Source: Veleropilina oligotropha (taxonomy: Eukaryota). From it: a stretch of DNA of 64,000 nucleotides. The DNA lies in the NCBI GenBank assembly GCA_048128005.1, contig JBEUKZ010000036.1:124001-188000 (forward strand), given 5' to 3'. Numbering within the stretch: position 1 is the first letter of the stretch; each line of letters begins with the position of its first letter. Shown here piece by piece: positions 12,270 through 27,889 of the stretch. The notes under the pieces were generated by a model. It saw only the letters and a program-made list of their open reading frames with translations. It was not told where the DNA came from and ran no database searches. A program made the position numbers and the translations under genes.

Positions 12270-12497
12270 CAACATTCAATTTGTTTTGCAGCCACTTGAG
12301 ACAATTTTTCAGCCATATTATGGTATAGTAGTCGGGACATCCGGTTTAAGGTCTCACTTCAATCGGACCAATATACGTTTATGATATGCCTTCTATTATT
12401 TTAAGCGGTAAGACTAACTGCCACTGGTCTCGATCCCGGGACCAACTAACACCTTCGTTTGAGAGTCTGATGCATCAACCACTCACCCACCGATGCA
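12270..12497 (-). mobile_element. tRNA-derived SINE with Deu/Nin-like domain
   Basis: Minus strand GGTGGGTGAGTGGTT...GGATCGAGACC head followed by the core shared with 1945-1985. Confidence 0.5.
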
Positions 12498-14628
12498 GAA
12501 GTAAACAGACAATTAGCATGATGACCTAGTCAATGAATATTTAAAATGTTAAATAGTATTTAGTCCCCTGTTCAGGCTTCACAGTGAATTATTATAATTT
12601 AGTGACAGTCATAATACTAACTATTTTGTCTCATCTTCTTTATATCAAGCAATCAAAGTGACATAGAATTCACTAGTACCGGTATCAATAATGCCTTTAT
12701 GGTAATAATAAATGCTATTTATATTTGAGTAATGAAAACCAACTGCATACTTCAATATCATTAAATTTTAATTACCTATGTATTGTCGTAACCATATTAA
12801 CTCATAAACAGAGAAAGCAATAATAACCTGGAGAGTGGATGATTTTGGTGAATTTGTATATTATATACTGTTCATGGCAATTTTTTGGTCATTCAAAATG
12901 GTTTCTCCTGCACACCCAAAGAAAAACATTGCTACTGCCTACAAACTGAATGTTATCTGAAACTTATATAAGAAATACAATTTGAAATTGAAAACATATT
13001 GCAGTAATTGATAATGTGTTTACAAATATAATTATAAATAACTTTAAAACTAATAGATACTATAATCTATTAAAATAAAATAAAACCATATGTACAAAAT
13101 TGAAGTCGCATTCTCTTGATTTTTTTGTTCAGTATCCCAAATCTAAACTTTGCTCATTACAGATTTATAGACTAAACCAACACATTTACTAGTTATTTTA
13201 ATAGTACTGCACACACAAGATGGTAATTAAATAAATAATACATTATTCTGTATTTTGTGTTAAAAAATAAAGGGTACCTGATCATCACTTAATTGATTTA
13301 CATTATCATTATAAATTTATTCAATAAAATTGAATCTCATTCTGTTATTAAAAACTTGATAAAAAATCCTCAAATTAGGTAAATAAACATGCATAATAAA
13401 AACAGCTCTGCAGCATATTCGTGCTGAAAATTTCCGATTTAATATCGCGGTTTTAGTTTAATATTAGGCGATATTAATGAACCGTCGAGAAGTTATGAAC
13501 GAGTGGCGAAACAACAAAAAAGGGGCATAACTCTATTGTTTATATCGGTTTTGATGATACTAAATCCAATTTAATATATAAAACAAACATTTGATAGTGT
13601 TCAGAAATATAGCAGGTGCCGATATATGCTAGACTACAAAATTACATAATGATTAAAATTAAAACGAACAGTCGCCTAGGTTAAATCAATAAATGTTGTC
13701 GGAAATGTCATTTTTCGTATCCAGCCGGCCGGTAAATATACGCCTAAAACATGATTCTATAGTAATGTACCGTTTAAAAAAACCCGTGTTTCTTTTAAAA
13801 TTACCTATAATATCGTAGTTGATGCATGTTGTTTATCGGCGAACCCCGGAAACAGTTTAATATGGATAAAAGCGCATTTCAGTGACGACGTCCCATTCAC
13901 GGCAACGCATAAGACAACGTGGTATACATCCACAATGGCCGACCGAACTGCATTGTGGGTCTAATCGCGAAACCCTCTATACTGTAGGCTACGGCAAAAT
14001 ATATTATATGAAATACATTAGTAATAATATATACCGGTGCGGGTGGGCAAGATCATTATTATGTTTTTATTTTATAACGAAATACTTGATTATGAAAAAA
14101 ATACTTCCCCTGCAGGGCATGAAATTATTAAAATTTTGAACTGGCCCTAACAAAATTCTTACAGGCCCTTAACAAAATGAACTGGCCCTAACATTTTAGA
14201 AGAAAATATTATAATTATCAGGGCATGAAATTCCAAAAGTTTCTTCTGGTCCCTTCAGTATTTTTTACAGGGCCTTCACAAAATGAACAGGCCATAGTGT
14301 TTTTAGAGAAAATCTTGTATCTATAAAGAATAATTTACGCGACAGGTTACAAATTTAAGAAAAAAATATTTCCTATGGCGGAGACTTATATCTTTAATTA
14401 AGTATCAATTTGCATCAGTTGAGTGGAGTTTCCTCAGAAGTTAACTTCTGATCGTCTTTCGCTGATCCTCCTTATTTATATATAATAATATTGTACACCA
14501 TTGTGTATACTTACTGTTTGTCATCAGATCTTTTTTATTGTTTCTAACAAAAATCTGCCATACTATTTAATGGTAGTTAAATAATACAAATTAACAGGAC
14601 TACCAATAGACAAGCTATTGGTTCCACA

Positions 14629-17600
14629 TGTCGCAATTTTGTTTCGACACCTTTAAATAGATGTATATGTATTTGTATGGCCTTAAGCGTTTTCCGTACA
14701 CTGTTGTGAATTTGGTAATAGTTAAATGAAATTGACATTGTAGTCACCTGATATTAAACGGTCAAATCGTGCATATCCGCAAACAACGTTTGCCTTTTGT
14801 TATGCAAAATTATTATTTATATAACGCTATGCTGGAAGTGAAATCGATCTCTCTTTCCTTGTGGCTCTACACCTGTGTTGCTCCTGTCCGACGCCTCGCA
14901 AGGGAGGGCTTTCGTGTTGTCTCGTCGTATATTTGTTGGCCATGTAAGTTGAGTGAATCCGATGTAACGTCTTGTGTTGTATTTCTGTTCCTATCCGCCG
15001 TATATTTCGATTATGTAAGTTAACTTTTCACTAGTTGGCAAACGAATCTTGATAAAAGTGACTTTTAATTTCTAACTTTCTCTTGAATTTAATATTTAAC
15101 GTTGTATCTAATCGCTAGCATTAGTTTAAAATATGTCGTTTAGAAATATCATAATAATATTATATAGTCGCTTGTTTCGTGATGTGAATTATCCTGAGAA
15201 AGTTACGGAACCTCCGCGTGGACCTTTATGCGGAACAATGCTTCGTGTGAAGTGCTATTACCAGCTATAAAGAACATTATTGAAGTAATCGCATCGTACT
15301 CGTTCAAGGTTGAAGTTTGATCACTGCGAGAAGATTGTATTTCCTGTGCATTCGCGATAAAATATGTTAGTATAAACTCTATGTTAGTGTCGTACTTTAT
15401 TGAAATGGTTCACTGACACTTTATCTTTAACGTCTTGTGACATTTTCGTTTATCGAGATAACTTGTTTGTTTTAATGGTAACGTTATTTATTTTCTTGCT
15501 ATGAGTTAATTTAATTGCAAACGATAGAGTTAATTCATGAGTGCGTTTTGCTCATTTCTGCTTGTATTCATTACGCGGGATGTATTATTTAATATTTATG
15601 ATATGACGGCTCTGGTTATATTCTAAAGGATCTTGTGATCACGGCGCGTTTGAGGACATGAACGCTATATTCTGTGGAGTTGCTGTACCACTTCAATGCT
15701 AAATACGCAAGATTTGCAATACAGTATCAGCTTTTCCCTTATTGGGTTGGTTCTAACAACCTATAGGAAGAGAAGTAGAACGGTCGTTGTTGGACAATGT
15801 TGGTGTCTTGTAGTGAATCCGCCGATGGGTAGTTTTGCTGCAGGTACTTGTTGTCGTGGTTGAAGATTATGATGCAAGATTTTACGGCATTTATATACTG
15901 CCGACTGTTGTGGAGATATAACCTCACTTTTATGCCAGAGTCGTATTGTTTAATTATTTTATATCGAGTAATAACTACATTTTACTCCCCGTGTTATTTA
16001 TTAAGATTATTCGGAAGTTTACTCGCTAATCAATTTCAGGTCACAAAGTGTTTACAAACTTTACCATGTCAGTTTCACCTTTATTATAAATCCGCTTTTA
16101 TTGTAATATTAACAATCAAGAAATAGCCGGTAACGCATATCGATGTATAGCTGTGGGATAGTGTCTTATGTCTGTTATTATAGGAATGGTTAATAAATAA
16201 ATTTATCACATGACAAACCTGTTATGGAACTGTAGAGGCCGTTCCATAAATCTATATACGAAAAAACACATGCCATAAGTATGCAAATGAGGGCGAGCAT
16301 GATGGCCGAACATCGCATCTGGCGCGAAGTTGATTAGGCGGCACATCACCCTCATTAACATAATGAATAATTCATACGCGTTGACTCGTCGATTACCGAC
16401 GTTGAACTACTTTTTATTGGCGTACTGGCGTGGCGCGTGCTTTCGATGCGTGATGCGTCTGAGGCAATGGCAATTTATGGCTGAAAGTACTGACAGAAAT
16501 TAGTTTTAAAACGTAAAGAAATGCATTTAAAAACGCAATAAAATAAGTTTAAATGTAAATAAAGTCATGTGATAAAGAAGATATGAAACTTGTGTCCATT
16601 TCATATGATAATTATGAAACTCGTAGGCAAATTTATGTACCTCGCCAAGGCTCGGTACATAAATTGTGCCCGACTCGTTTCATAATTCTCATATGGAATG
16701 GACACTCGTAAGATATCCTCTATATATTAGTTTTTATTACATGTTGTTTTCATTCGAACAGAGAACAACTCAACTACACGATTTCGTTCATTATTGGGTT
16801 GAGTTTTTCTCTGGTATTTCCTGTCACGGTTGAGACGGCTGTTTTAAACTCGCGATATATTTTCGTAGGGACCTGCGTCGCGTCGTTTTCATGTTTGATC
16901 TGGACTGAGCGTGTTTATGCATTATGGTGGTGGCAGTTAAATATATAAATTTTCTATGATGCATCGGCTCCTCTTTCCAGGTCATTGTATAAACGTTTAC
17001 CATCGCTATTCGAAGGGACGTGCCATCGGTTGGTGCTTTGTGACTCTGGTGAAACCAGTTTGCCTTGACGTAGTCTACGTGATCGACAATTGAGGCCCGC
17101 TACTGTTCCATCTGTCGAGTTGTCGATCACGGGAGACTACAATGTGCGCGTGATTGCGTAATCGCGTGTTGGTTGAGTTTGACTTGACGATGGTGCTGCT
17201 TGAGGCTACGGTGGTCCTTTGGTCTGTTGGTTGACCGCTCGATTCGCGAAAGTTAGTGGCAACCCTTGTCACTTGTTTGTGTTTCACCGTTCGGTCCGCC
17301 ACAGTGTTGGTGGAGTTCATGGACTAGACAATACGAGACAATACGAGAGCCCTCCCTTGCGAGGCGTCGGGCAGGAGCAACACAGGTGTAGAGCCACAAG
17401 GAAAGAGAGAGATCGATTTCACTTCCAGCATAGCGTTATATAAAGAATAATTTTGCATAACAAAAGGCAAACGTTGTTTGCGGATATGCACGATTTGACC
17501 GTTTAATATCAGGTGACTACAATGTCAATTTCATTTAACTAAATATTACCAAATTCACAACATTGTACGGAAAGCGCTTAAGGCCATACAAATACATATA

Positions 17601-17635
17601 CATCTATTTAAAGGTGTCGAAACAAAATCGCGACA
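14629..17635. mobile_element. Non-autonomous TIR element, ~300-bp TIRs, TGT...ACA termini (Ginger-like)
   Basis: 14629-14925 is a close reverse complement of 17333-17635; no internal ORF; only CA is shared by the two flanks. Confidence 0.8.
16180..16725. mobile_element. Small hairpin-bearing non-autonomous element nested in the TIR element
   Basis: Long imperfect palindrome 16579-16716 centred on GTACCTCGCCAAGGCTCGGTAC, plus inverted pair TTTATCACATGAC (16202) / GTCATGTGATAAA (16564). Confidence 0.5.
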
Positions 17636-19209
17636 CATCATCAGGTTGGTCATTTACTCTTACAAGATAGCATGATTAGACACCCAATTATCTAAATCTT
17701 GTGTTTTTAATTAGGCTTGACCAGTGATGTCTTTCTTATCAAAGAGTTATGGAAAGGAGTCATGTAATGTCTTTCTTATCAACACCCTTCTCTGATAACT
17801 GACCTTCATTGAAACAATGCACCAAAATACATTAATTAACTTTAGTTTGGCCTGTCTCAGCACAGTCAAGCTCTGGGATGTCAATCGGCGCTAAGGGCCG
17901 ACTGCATTGGAATTGTTATCGGCGGAACATGATCTGAATCGGCTTCCACTGACTCACAAGAGGGAATTTCGTGGCCTGCCATGTTATTTCTTTATCAATT
18001 GTCTAGCTAGCGTTAACGTATTTTATAGAGATGTTTTCACAGAAATTGTATAATAAAGTTCATGTAATACGTACATCATATAATTGCATTTACTAAAGAC
18101 AAAATAATATATTCATGATTCTTTTCATACTCAACACTACAGGCTATAGTAGCATCTAATCGAAACTCGAAATCTGATCTTTCCTTTCAATTTGCTTGCT
18201 TCGCCAATATATACAACAATTGTCTGTGAAGTTTCTGGATGATTGCATAACAGATCTAAATTACCTGTAAAAACACACGGTCACAGTGTCAATGCCTGGT
18301 GCTCATACCCTCTTGTCAGTCCCTAAATTACCGGTATTGTAGGCCTAAAATTATTTTAACGCTATACCGCGGTATATATATGGTGCAAGGACTAAACCGA
18401 TGACAGAATAGAATAAATAATTCCTAACGAGCGCACAATCTGACATCAATTAGGCTTAATTTTATCTTAGGCCTATGCCTATAAAAAAATACAAGTGGAC
18501 CTAAAACAGTAATATTATGGTAATTGGTGTGCGTATTCGTATGACTAGCCATGTTTGCTGTTTGCTATCAGTCTCTACATTATACTATTATGCCAACATT
18601 TCGAAGCTGGAAATACGAAAACGACTCTTGCTGCCGAAGTTAACTTGGGCTTCCCCAACTTGCCGTGGTAAGTTGGGCACTGCCTAAGTTAACTTGGGCA
18701 CTGCACAGGTTAACTTCGGCAGGTGTGAACAGTTGGGCTGTAACAGTATTAAATGTGACTTTTTTTATCAACGGATAAACTTGAACGACATTAAATACAC
18801 ATCGATTGACACCAGAAAATACGACAAACACGTGTTTAAAGCTTACCCCTTGGTAGTTGTGCAATGTGGTGGCGATAGGCGGTCCTTGTGAATCGATATG
18901 CGGAGTAATTCAGCTCGAGTAATTTATCGATTCGTGGACGCCGCCATATTATTATTTTCATGACCTCGTTTCCGAAGTCGATACCATTTTGGTCAGGGAT
19001 GTCGTCTGACGTCATGATGTTTTTGGGGTGTGTGCTGATCAACCAATCACATTCGGATCTTAGAACATTGCTTTCGAAATATTTCTGAAAACTACAAGTT
19101 TGGGTTGTAAGTTGGGCAAAGCACTTAACTTGGGCTCTGTCCAACTTCCAACCCAAACTCGGGACAGACGATCGAGCACATACGTACGTACTACTAGTAC
19201 CCGTACAAT

Positions 19210-20352
19210 AATTATGCCCCGGGCATATTTATTTCACTGCGTCTGTACGTACGTAAGTCTGTACGTCCGCACGTACGTATGTCCGTACGTACGTACGTCC
19301 GCAGATTTGGTTACAGTTTTTGGTTAAAGTTTTTCTTACATTTATTGGAGGAATATCAATACCAAACCTTTTCATATGGATAATACATATCATAATCCTT
19401 CATTTAAGACCCGAATTTAATAAAAATAATTTTAATTTATAGTTTAAAATGACGCATTTGAACATAGACTTTTCCATGAAAAAAGGGATTCGGTTAAAGT
19501 TTTTCTTACATTTATTTGAGAGATATCAATACCAAATCTTTTCATATGCATAATACACATCATTATCCTTCATTTAAGACCCATATTTAAAAAAAAATAT
19601 TTTTTTATATTTTGTAAAACGACGTATTTGAATATCAATACCAAACCTTTTCATATGGATAATACATAGCATAATCCTTCATTTAAGACCCAAATTTAAT
19701 AAAAAATAATTTCGATTTATATTGTAAACTGACGTATTTGAACGTAGGCTTTTTCAGGAAAAAAGGAATTCGGTTAAAGTTTTTGGCTAAAGTTTTTCTT
19801 ACATTTATTGGAGGGTTATCAGTACCAAACCTTTTCATATGGATAATACACATCATAATCCTTCACTTAAGAAACAAATTTTAAATATTTTAATTATGCC
19901 CCGGGACGATAGTCCCGAAGGGCATATAGCTTTCGCTTTGTATATGTGTGTGTCCGGATTTGGTTACAGTTTAGTTTTTCATTGAGAGTATATGGCGTTA
20001 TCAAGGGACTTTTTGGAATATATATATGCTTTGGTATTGATTATATGGATGTTACCTGCTACTCTGGCAGCAATATTGAATAAAATTTAATTTAATTATT
20101 GCAAATAAATTGGTGTTTTTGAACATAGCAATTCTGGTTAGACATCTCTGGTTAAAGTTTTTCATTTGAGTGTATATGACTTGCTCCTTGGACTTTTTGG
20201 CATATATTTGCTTAGTTATTGATTATGTGGATGTTACCTGATACTCTGGCAGTGATAATGAATAAAAAAATAATTTGTATACACATACTTTGGTAGTTAA
20301 TATATTGATGATGCCGGGGCATATCCATGTTCCGGGGCACATATTTCTAGTT
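19210..20352 (+). mobile_element. Two adjacent HINE/pearl-type non-autonomous Helentron elements
   Basis: Starts ATTATGCCCCGGG at 19211 and 19893, CGTA/CGTC microsatellite, tandem units with TTGGTTAAAGTTTTT, 3' end CGGGGCATA...TTTCTAGTT. Confidence 0.7.
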
Positions 20353-21025
20353 TTGTACTACTTTCGAGGTTTCCACATCGGCTAGTAAGGGATGATCTGC
20401 TCCTATACCATATGAGACCAGGTTGACGTGCCTCTATGAACTAGCAGGCCCTAAAGTTGTTAATTGGAGTAGGGCGGATCCAGGATTTTCCAAATAGGGG
20501 TCCTTATGCTGCATTCGAAACTACTCGTGTTTACGACATGTGAGCGTTCGGAACAGATGTGAAAATAAATACGGACGACGTACATTTGTGTAGTATACAG
20601 GACGAGAATGTATCATTTTGCGTATATTATATGAATAAACCTACATATTTCCTTTATTTATTGAACGAAAAATAAAATTCACGTTTATTGGAAAAATAAA
20701 ACAATAATGTGACATGCTATTTCCATTCAAATGCAGAAAATATATTTCCTAGCAAAACATACACACACTATACAAGATATTTATATCATAACGTAACATC
20801 ATTCGCATTATCTCTTTCATAAAAATTTACATCGACAAGCTGTTTGATTCCGCCATTTTAAGGTCAAGGTCGCCTTCGCACCATTCTCGGGCTATTAAAT
20901 TAGTTACGAGTTACGACTTGTGAACACGACCTGAAAACTGTTCCGAACGCAATATACATGTCGTAAGTCGTATTTACCGTAAACACGGGCGGTTTCGAAT
21001 GCAGCATAATTAACTTTATAATATT

Positions 21026-21839
21026 CAAGGGCGGATCCAGGAAAGGGGGGGGGGGGGGGGGGGTCCAACATTGATAAAAAGGGCATATTATCAACTGTTC
21101 GCGTGGGGGGCGGGGCCCCACGCGAAATAATTTTTTTACAACTAACTGTGTTAAACCCCCTCTCCTCCATTCTAAGAGTGGAAACTCTATATTTCTACCA
21201 ACATCTATGAACCATTTTCACCAAGTTTAATGAGAAAATTTTCGTATTGGTAAAATACAGTAGGCATACTATCAAATGTCGGGACGGGAACTGCAGATTA
21301 TAATTTGATGTCATTCGCCGTGCTTATAACTTGTGGAGTCTTTGAGGGTGCCAGACGAAGAGGATATCCGGCCATGCGAACGAATGATAAAGGACCGCAG
21401 CGCCTGGAGACTGCCGTATCTTTTGGGAGCGAAGAGACCGAATACTCCTATGGGATAATGGGATAAGTGTGGCCGCGCCGATAGTAGTCTTGGTCCAGCG
21501 CCGGTGTTCCGATCCAAACGACCTACCTTGAGAGAAGCGACCTAATTGCTATACTTTATCATACAGAGCGGTGCGCACTCAGCCGTGGCCGTAATGCGCC
21601 TTAGGTAATCACTCTCGAAAATACCACAAATTGAAACTTCTTTTTAGTATTGTTATAATGAACCAATACCGTGAAAAATTATATTAAATGAAAGATGGTA
21701 AAGAGATAATTCCAATTATCGAATGAAAATGATCAAAACATATAATGATATTTAATAACACAATTTTGAAAAGGGCACTTGGAAAATTAAGGGGGGGGGG
21801 GACGGGACCCCCTCGTCCCCCCCCCTGGATCCGCCCTTG
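21026..21839. mobile_element. MITE with CAAGGGCGGATCCAGG TIRs (hAT-like)
   Basis: Perfect 16-bp inverted termini followed by G/C runs; 8-bp TSD not matched. Confidence 0.55.
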
Positions 21840-22022
21840 AATTATTATTCTATCAACTATCCCCGTGGGGATTAGTGTTAAAGGGGGTGGGGGCATCCTG
21901 ATCCAGCCATATATCAATAAGCGAACGAGTCAAACTCCCTTTGTAAAAAAAATTGGGACACCCCTTTTCAAAATTCTGGATTCGCTAGTATACTAATATT
22001 CTCAAACACGACAGTGATGTGC

Positions 22023-23228
<1,206 letters not shown>

Positions 23229-23238
23229 GACACATGTT

Positions 23239-23342
23239 TAACTTGTTTAATGAAATTTGCTTGAGCTTTCGTAACACAGTTACTTCGTCGGAAGCTTGAC
23301 TCAGAGTTACGAAAACTCAAGCAAATTTCATTAAACAAGTTA
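23239..23342. repeat. ~100-bp hairpin / mini-MITE
   Basis: TAACTTGTTTAATGAAATTTGCTTGAG...CTCAAGCAAATTTCATTAAACAAGTTA. Confidence 0.8.
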
Positions 23343-23396
23343 GTCTTTAAAGTGCCATCAGTGATTTTACTTTATATATATGTATATATATATATA

Positions 23397-25350
<1,954 letters not shown>

Positions 25351-26040
25351 TGTAATATTTGTCAAACGATTTGTTATTTGTCGATTCGCTATTTGAGTTG
25401 CGCGATTTATCAATTCTTAACTTGTGCTGCGCGATTCGCAAACGGGCTACAGCGATTCGCAGGGGCCGGACACGCATTTCGGTCACAGTCTAAATCGGCC
25501 CCAGTCTAAATCGGTCCCGCATATAAACAAAGCTTACAGAAAACATTCGCGCTATATTTATAATGTATTTATTCAGCATTTAACTATACTTTTATATAAA
25601 AATAAACCTTATAGAAAAATAAACATGTATTTATTGAGTAGTAGGCCAACTTGACTAGTATTATATAAACAAATATGCATGTAGGTCTATATACATCTAT
25701 AAATGAAATACACAAAAATTTGTGCTGTATAAATTTAAGAAGTAGACCTATCTAACAAAACTATTATATACAAATATACTTTTATTGATGCTATGTTATA
25801 GATGCTAGTATATGCATAAATACTAATTAGGCCTACATTGGGATAACATACCGTACCTACTATGTCTAAACTCTATAATATACCTTGTAGCTTTTACTCA
25901 AATATACATACATATACAAACAATATAGTTTGAATATAATTCACAAAAAATGTGATAAAATACTGTATTTATTATTCCTAAACTATGCAATAAATATACA
26001 TACGCAATACAATATAGATTAGATATAATACATTAATTCA

Positions 26041-26810
26041 TTAATCATCTATCGCTGGGCATATAAGCGCTGATCCGGCCTCGATCAAGGAACGTCCACT
26101 TCTTATGTTTTCCTCGTGTTGTTCCCAGAGAGCGAAGAGGCTCACCAACTTGCTCTTTTTGCGTTCAACTTTTGATAGTTTTTGCTCGAGCACCAGTGTT
26201 GCTTGCATTGCAATCAATTTTGCTTCCTTTTCCAGAAGATCTACAAGTACGTAGAATGGCAAGTCTCCTGAAAATAGAAAGATAAATACATTAACTCTTT
26301 ATCATATTAAATTAACAATACAATTGTAAACACACCACTTTCACACCGACACACAGCAGCACTGTATTGTAAGTTACGATGAACGCTAAACTAAAGATAA
26401 CACTTACCTCGTCGTCCGCGGTCGTTCAATCGGGTGTGCCACCCTTCAACATCGTTATTTGTCCTTACGGCCATTCCGTACACTGTCCAGTTTTCTGGCT
26501 TCCACTGGTCGCGAATCCAAGTTGCTTCAATATATTCGAAGAGCGTCTTCATCTGATCGGTCAGCTGACTGGGTATGATGGATTCGTACACTGTGCGAAT
26601 GTGCTCATGTGGCAATAATGGCATGGCCATCAACAGGTGACACAGCTGAAAAGAAAGAAGATGAATAAATAATTGTGTAAATGTATAAGTTATATTTTAT
26701 AATAATTGGTTAACAGTAATACCATGAAATTAATGTTTCTGTCTATTTCCAGTATGCATACCTTGTGGGTGACGGTATCATGGATGTAGTCGTTCATCAA
26801 CCCGACCTGA
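26041..26810 (-). pseudogene. MULE transposase 3' exons
   Basis: MAMPLLP, YIEATWI, WTVYG...RTNNDVEGWH motifs; GT-AG introns at ~26268-26407 and ~26647-26761. Confidence 0.8.
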
Positions 26811-27889
26811 CGGATTAATATTCACCAATTATGATTGATTGGTTGTCGTAAACTGTAATTAGTGTATACTGCATGTAATAGAAAAATATATTTCATTTGA
26901 ATCATATTTATTCCGAAGTCAATATGTTACATAGGTTACACCATATACATTATACATAGCAGCGTAAAGGATTATAATATATGCATATACATTTTAATGG
27001 GATATAACTTCGAAAACAGGTAAACCTTTTATATTAGACAATTCGTTTTCATGGATATATTTCTGTGCATAATATTTTATTACAATATACAATATTTTAG
27101 TATCTTCTAGCGGGTTCCTTCAAACAGCATGCCATGTCTCTCGAATTAACCTTATACAGTCAATATTTCAAAAGGGGAAACATAAGGTAGCGACAATCGA
27201 TATAATGAACCTTATTAATTCCATATTTCCTTTTCAGTTTCCAATAACATATGACTAGGCGCTTTTATTTTTCATAAGGGGGAAAATTCTTGATTAAAAT
27301 GAAGGTCACACAGTGTTAAATCTTTTAGCAAAATGTCATTACACTCACGGAAATAAATATATTGAAAACGAGTATAGAAATTTTTATCCAGAATTATTCT
27401 ACGCCATAATCAAAATATTATGACATTAGTAGATGTTTCGGGAAAGTGTAGCTAATTCCTTTTGAAATATCATCACTCCCTTGGTTTCAAATAAATTTAC
27501 AAAACGGCATCAGACCAATTTCATCATTTTGGTTATTTGAATGTTGTCTCACTAGATGTCAATGACGAATATGTTCCTTGGATATACATAGGTTATGACA
27601 GTGATGTGGTCCATTAAGAATGGAAAAAATTGTAATATTGTCACAAGAGAGCTTAGGGATATCTTTTCCATTTAAGGCTCTGTGAGTGTAATGACAACGC
27701 GTGTTAGTGTAATGACGAGACGTGAGTGTAATGACATTATAAAATAGAAACCAAGTAATAACAAAGAGATCATAACTTAACAGTGATATTCATTTTATTG
27801 GATTATGGCCTATGTTAAAATGCAAAAGTTATTATACCAAACAATGAACTCTGAATTAAAATCACTTTGAAATGGACACAGTTGAAAGT

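Larger units (their letters stand above)
10220..13978. mobile_element. Degenerate DNA transposon with short TIRs (ISL2EU/PIF-Harbinger-like, tentative)
   Basis: AGAGGGTTTCGCGATT ... AATCGCGAAACCCTCT, flanked by TAT/ATA. Internal coding remnants are weak (NDVWKYTGL on the minus strand ~11540). Confidence 0.5.
9920..18750. mobile_element. Old TIR element with internally repetitive ~100-bp TIRs, hosting later insertions
   Basis: CCACGGCAAGTTGGGGAAGCCCAAGTTAACTTCGGCAG (9980-10017) is inverted at 18632-18669; similarity extends to CAGCCCAACTG at both outer ends. Confidence 0.6.
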
